Of a DNA stretch of 45,464 nucleotides, positions 42,025-45,464 are shown piece after piece. The stretch lies in IMG/VR virus record IMGVR_UViG_3300006143_000028; one strand, written 5' to 3'. The notes under the pieces were generated by a model. It had not been told where the DNA came from, ran no database searches, and saw nothing but the letters and a program-made list of their open reading frames with translations. The stretch's first letter is position 1, and each line of letters opens with the position of its first letter. The translations under genes were made by a program, and so were the position numbers. Origin of the DNA: a virus.

Positions 42025-42501
42025 TCACATATAGGACGGGTTGGTGTATTTCTCAGGACGGCTAAAGCTATCGCAAAAGCCCTCAATGGACTGTTCGATA
42101 AAGTCGCCCTCAGCGTTGAACATGGACAGCAGCACGTCCCCGTCCAGCACGCAATCATTATAGATTTTCGTGCTCCGGCCCACGCTGCTGGCCTGGTCAT
42201 CGTTGGAGGTCTGGATGGTGAAAGTGGGCATCACGCCGGTGCGGATAAACCGCTCAATCACGTCATCGAAAATCTCCGTGCACTTGTAGATGGTCATGGA
42301 AAAGGCCAGGACCACCGTGTCAGCCTTGTGGCCGATGACGATATTGCCCAGCCGGGGGACCTCCTTGGTGTTGACCTGGGCCTTGCCCTCAAAGTCCTTG
42401 GCCATCAGCATGGAGTAGCGTCTGCCGTCAATCGTGACAAAGCACTCCGCACGGTGGGCGCTTACAGCGTCCTTGGCGTTCATCATAGCTCCGTCAGGCA
42501 T
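42025..42501 (-). CDS. Tail tube protein (XkdM-like)
   Basis: 158 aa, immediately after the sheath gene. The sequence style matches XkdM-family proteins. Confidence 0.75.
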   Translation of the reverse strand: MPDGAMMNAKDAVSAHRAECFVTIDGRRYSMLMAKDFEGKAQVNTKEVPRLGNIVIGHKADTVVLAFSMTIYKCTEIFDDVIERFIRTGVMPTFTIQTSNDDQASSVGRSTKIYNDCVLDGDVLLSMFNAEGDFIEQSIEGFCDSFSRPEKYTNPSYM

Positions 42502-42515
42502 TTATTTCTCCTCCT

Positions 42516-43838
42516 TTACTGGATAATCACGCTCATGTAGAGCTGGGCCATAGCGTTGATGATGTTGAGGCCATTGACGGTGACCAGCACGGCCTTTTTC
42601 TTGTCACCCTGCTCACAGCTCACGGTGTCCGGGTCAAAGTTCTCCACCGCCCGGATGTCCTCAAGCTGCTTGATGTAGTGGGTGATGTCACCCCACAGGG
42701 CGGACCGCCCGGAGGCATCATTGGGCACGGTGCCCAGGTAGCGCTCATTGAACAGCACCGCCACGTCATTGGCGATTTGGTCACACACCCGCATGGTCTG
42801 ATTGCTCTGGAAAACCTCCCCCTTGGTATCGGAGAGGGTCAGCAGGGTGTTGATGTCCTCCAGGACACGGGTGAGGCCGTTGACGTTGTGGAACATGAAT
42901 TTGCCCGCCTTGAGGGCCGCCGTGAGCTCCGCCTGCTTATAGTCCGTGTCCAAGGTGAGCTCCCCGTCATACTTGGCATTGGTCAGGGACTTGTTGACGG
43001 CCACGCCAGCTTGGGCCCCGGTGGCCCAGTAGACCACGGCGTGCTCATCCACGTCCATGGAGGGGTGGGTGGCGCTGTTCCACACGCCGATGACGCCCTC
43101 ATAGTCCACCGTGGAGGGTTTCCACGCAATGAGTTGGAATTTTGCGCCCACCTCATCCCGGACCCGCTGGCAGTAGGCGGCGTAGAGCTTGACGATGATG
43201 GGGTCAGCCGCCGGGCAGCACATGGCGTTAAAGGCATAGGCCTCAATCTTGTCCAAAAATGCCTGGTGGCTGTCCCCGGTGATGTTCGCCACGTCCTCCC
43301 CGCCGGTCAGGGGTGCCCCCGCCGTAGCCTCCAGCGTGAGGTCTTTCTTGAAGTCCACATAGTCATTGCCGGTCAGATCCTCCGCCTTGGTCACCGTCTG
43401 GAGGTCCACCTGGATGCCATCCAGATAGGTGCCAACGTCAAAGGCATCCGGGTCATCCACGTTGACCGCAATGACGATGGAGAGGTCATTGCCCCGGACG
43501 CCGGGGTACTTGGCGGTGGCCAGCGCACAGGCCGCCTTTTTGGCTCCCAGCCCCAGCCGGTAGCAGTAGACGGTGGTGGCGTGTAGGAAAATCTCCCGCA
43601 GGGCCAGCATCTTGGGGTGGTCATAGGAGTAACCGAAAATGGCCTTGCTGTTTTTCTGAAATTCCCCGGAGGTAACAGCGAAAACCTCATTTTCCGGGCC
43701 CCAGCTCAGGACAAAGGGGGCCGCCGCATATCCACGGTCGGACAGTGTGGCGGAGGCCTTTGCAACGCTGGAAAAGTTGATATAGCTGCCCGGCAGGACC
43801 TTGTTCTGGACCAGCCAGGTGCCGCCTCCCAGTGCCAT
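42516..43838 (-). CDS. Contractile tail sheath protein (XkdK-like)
   Basis: 440 aa. The N-terminus GGGTWLVQNKVLPGSYINF is typical of sheath proteins. Confidence 0.85.
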   Translation of the reverse strand: MALGGGTWLVQNKVLPGSYINFSSVAKASATLSDRGYAAAPFVLSWGPENEVFAVTSGEFQKNSKAIFGYSYDHPKMLALREIFLHATTVYCYRLGLGAKKAACALATAKYPGVRGNDLSIVIAVNVDDPDAFDVGTYLDGIQVDLQTVTKAEDLTGNDYVDFKKDLTLEATAGAPLTGGEDVANITGDSHQAFLDKIEAYAFNAMCCPAADPIIVKLYAAYCQRVRDEVGAKFQLIAWKPSTVDYEGVIGVWNSATHPSMDVDEHAVVYWATGAQAGVAVNKSLTNAKYDGELTLDTDYKQAELTAALKAGKFMFHNVNGLTRVLEDINTLLTLSDTKGEVFQSNQTMRVCDQIANDVAVLFNERYLGTVPNDASGRSALWGDITHYIKQLEDIRAVENFDPDTVSCEQGDKKKAVLVTVNGLNIINAMAQLYMSVIIQ

Positions 43839-44035
43839 TATTTCACCGCTCCTTTCATGAATTTGTTGATGAGCGCATCCACCTCAGCCAAGGTGTAGGA
43901 CTTGCCGCTCTCCAGCAGGACGCTCACCAGGTCCCGCCGGTTGGCGTAGCGCTGGGAGCTCATGACCTGCTCCCTGGTGTAAACGGCCTCCGGCGCAGTC
44001 TTGGCCGGAGCCGCCGCAGTTTCATTTTTCGCCAT
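43838..44035 (-). CDS. Hypothetical protein
   Basis: 65-aa ORF between the tail-completion and sheath genes. Confidence 0.5.
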   Translation of the reverse strand: MAKNETAAAPAKTAPEAVYTREQVMSSQRYANRRDLVSVLLESGKSYTLAEVDALINKFMKGAVK

Positions 44036-44039
44036 AGGG

Positions 44040-44465
44040 TCATCCCTCCTGTTCGATTTTTAGGGTTTCCATCATGATGTGCTCCTGGGGGACACGGACG
44101 AAATGGTCATAGGTGACAATCACATGGAGCACCCCGCCGGTGGTGTTCCACTCGCAGCTTGTGGCGTGCACCACGTCCCCCTCCGGGGTGGTGATGCTCT
44201 CCAGAGCTGCCGTGAGCCGGTCCGCCACGGCGTAACATTCCGCATTGTCCCGCTTGGGGTAATAGATCACATCCAGCGTGGGGCTCCGCCGGTAGCGGGG
44301 CCCCACCTCCTGGGCATGGCTGGCGGCGGGCATCGTGACATTAAAGTCACCGGGCTTGAGGCCCTGCTTGACCTCACCGCCGTGGACCTGCACGGGGGCA
44401 GGAAAAGCGGCGTGGACCGCAAGGCTCACGCCGTCAAAAATGCTGTTAAAACTGATTTCAGACAC
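44040..44465 (-). CDS. Tail completion/terminator-like protein
   Basis: GTG at 44465 is preceded by GGGAGGT. Its position between the gp10-like and sheath genes supports the call. Confidence 0.45.
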   Translation of the reverse strand: MSEISFNSIFDGVSLAVHAAFPAPVQVHGGEVKQGLKPGDFNVTMPAASHAQEVGPRYRRSPTLDVIYYPKRDNAECYAVADRLTAALESITTPEGDVVHATSCEWNTTGGVLHVIVTYDHFVRVPQEHIMMETLKIEQEG

Positions 44466-45060
44466 GGAACACCTCCCGCAAGAGTTTTTCCAGTTCTTGC
44501 TCAATGACCGCCGGTGCTTTCTTTCTCAGGTCCTGCTCCGACAGGGTGAGGAAATACTTGCCTTGGACCCAGCCCTGCTTGAGCGTCTTGCCGATAGCCG
44601 GGACATAGCGCCCCACCTCTTGCCGGTGGCCAAACTCCACATAGCTGGCATAGTGGACCGGGTTGATGACCTCCACCGTGAAATTGCTGCCCTGTTTGGC
44701 AACAGGGAGGCTCTGAGCGTAAGCCTTGGCGTCCCCCGCCCCGGAGCCGCTGGCGGCATCCTGCTCCGTCCGGGCCGTCCAGCCCCGGCGCAGGGTGCCG
44801 CCCATTTTGCCGGTGGGGTTGATGCGCTTGGTATAGACATCGCCCTTTTTGTGGCGCTTGCTGTCACGTTTAGCGGTCACCTCGACCTCCACCTTGTAAT
44901 TGCCCACGGGGGTCCGGGGTATCACCAGGGCCAGCAGGCGGGCCGCCAGCTCCTTGGACACGTCCAGACAGAATTTGTCAAGGTCAGCGCTTTGGAGCCG
45001 TTCCAGGTTTTCCCGGAGCTTTTGGAGCTGCTTATAATCGCAGTTACCCCATTTGGCCAT
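44458..45060 (-). CDS. HK97 gp10-family tail/neck component
   Basis: Motifs RTPVGNY...GGTLRRGW...NPVHYASYVEFG. The ATG at 45060 overlaps the upstream stop (TAATG). Confidence 0.65.
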   Translation of the reverse strand: MAKWGNCDYKQLQKLRENLERLQSADLDKFCLDVSKELAARLLALVIPRTPVGNYKVEVEVTAKRDSKRHKKGDVYTKRINPTGKMGGTLRRGWTARTEQDAASGSGAGDAKAYAQSLPVAKQGSNFTVEVINPVHYASYVEFGHRQEVGRYVPAIGKTLKQGWVQGKYFLTLSEQDLRKKAPAVIEQELEKLLREVFRV

Positions 45061-45431
45061 TAGGCCCACCCCTCCCACAGCTCAAGCGGCACCTCCTGGT
45101 GGACGGTGTAGACCGCCGGGGTGCCGCTCCGCTCATAGTCACGGGTGACCTTGTTCTGGGTCACGGTGATTTTTGACCCCTCCGGGATGTCCACGGAGGG
45201 GTCAATGTAGAGCGTAACGGATTGGACCACCTTGGCGGCCTCCTCAGAGGGCTCCGTGGCGGTGACAGTCTTGTGGGAGATGCGGCAGGCCGCCCCCTCC
45301 ACAAGCACCCGCTCAACGGGCTCCGTGCGGCCATTGGCCTCATTCAGCACACCCTCCCGCACGGTGACGGTGGCCTTGCCGGTCCAAAGGCTTTGCACGG
45401 CCTTTTTGTAGGCGGTCAGGTTCTTCACCAT
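45060..45431 (-). CDS. Head closure / head-tail adaptor protein (SPP1 gp16-like)
   Basis: 123 aa. Its position after the connector gene (across the circular junction) and its size fit this family. Confidence 0.6.
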   Translation of the reverse strand: MVKNLTAYKKAVQSLWTGKATVTVREGVLNEANGRTEPVERVLVEGAACRISHKTVTATEPSEEAAKVVQSVTLYIDPSVDIPEGSKITVTQNKVTRDYERSGTPAVYTVHQEVPLELWEGWA

Positions 45432-45464
45432 CTCAACCTCCTAAACGCCCCCAGGATTTTCTCC
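45388..45464. repeat. Terminal direct overlap, copy 2 (identical to 1-77)
   Basis: Direct comparison of the two ends. Confidence 0.9.

Noticed and set aside
1-45464. tRNA, rRNA or tmRNA genes
   Set aside because: No cloverleaf-compatible segments or conserved T-loop/anticodon-stem patterns were noticed in the few intergenic regions. This was judged by eye only, and a tRNAscan run would be definitive.

Overview
The window appears to be a complete, circularly closed dsDNA phage genome. Bases 1-77 are identical to 45388-45464, so the unique length is 45387 bp. It is GC-rich, uses GGAGG-type ribosome binding sites, and has all but one gene on the minus strand.

Modules in minus-strand transcription order:
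- Lysogeny/switch-like region (26.3->24.1 kb): two XRE regulators and an IS30-family DDE transposase. No Tyr/Ser integrase is present.
- Early/replication module (24.0->8.9 kb): DGR target 2, SLT transglycosylase, DUF2800-like nuclease, DUF2815-like SSB, family-A DNA polymerase, a methylation island, VirE-type primase-helicase, an iteron-rich putative origin, VRR-NUC and an SNF2 helicase.
- Late activator, then packaging and head genes (8.9->0 kb): terS, terL, an HExxH protein, portal, MuF-toxin plus putative immunity gene, scaffold and major capsid protein.
- PBSX/XkdK-XkdT-like contractile tail (45.4->33.5 kb).
- DGR cassette (33.5->29.8 kb).
- Lysis genes (29.8->27.3 kb).

Main second-look items:
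1. A diversity-generating retroelement (avd-TR-RT-target) whose 100-bp template repeat matches two variable regions with almost exclusively adenine-site differences. One lies inside the adjacent FN3-rich fibre-like gene. The other is about 9.7 kb away, in an early-region gene coupled to a lytic transglycosylase.
2. A MuF (SPP1 gp7-like) head protein fused to a papain-like C-terminal toxin domain, with a small downstream immunity candidate and its own terminator.
3. A DNA-modification island of three methyltransferase-like genes plus a PP-loop protein. It holds all four G/C homopolymers of 9 nt or longer that I noticed, which suggests phase variation.
4. An IS30-family transposase sitting where an integrase is expected.
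5. Two moron-like cassettes with near-consensus sigma70 promoters and intrinsic terminators. One is the only plus-strand gene; the other is wedged between the tail chaperone and the tape measure gene.

All functional calls come from reading motifs in the supplied translations. No database search was run.
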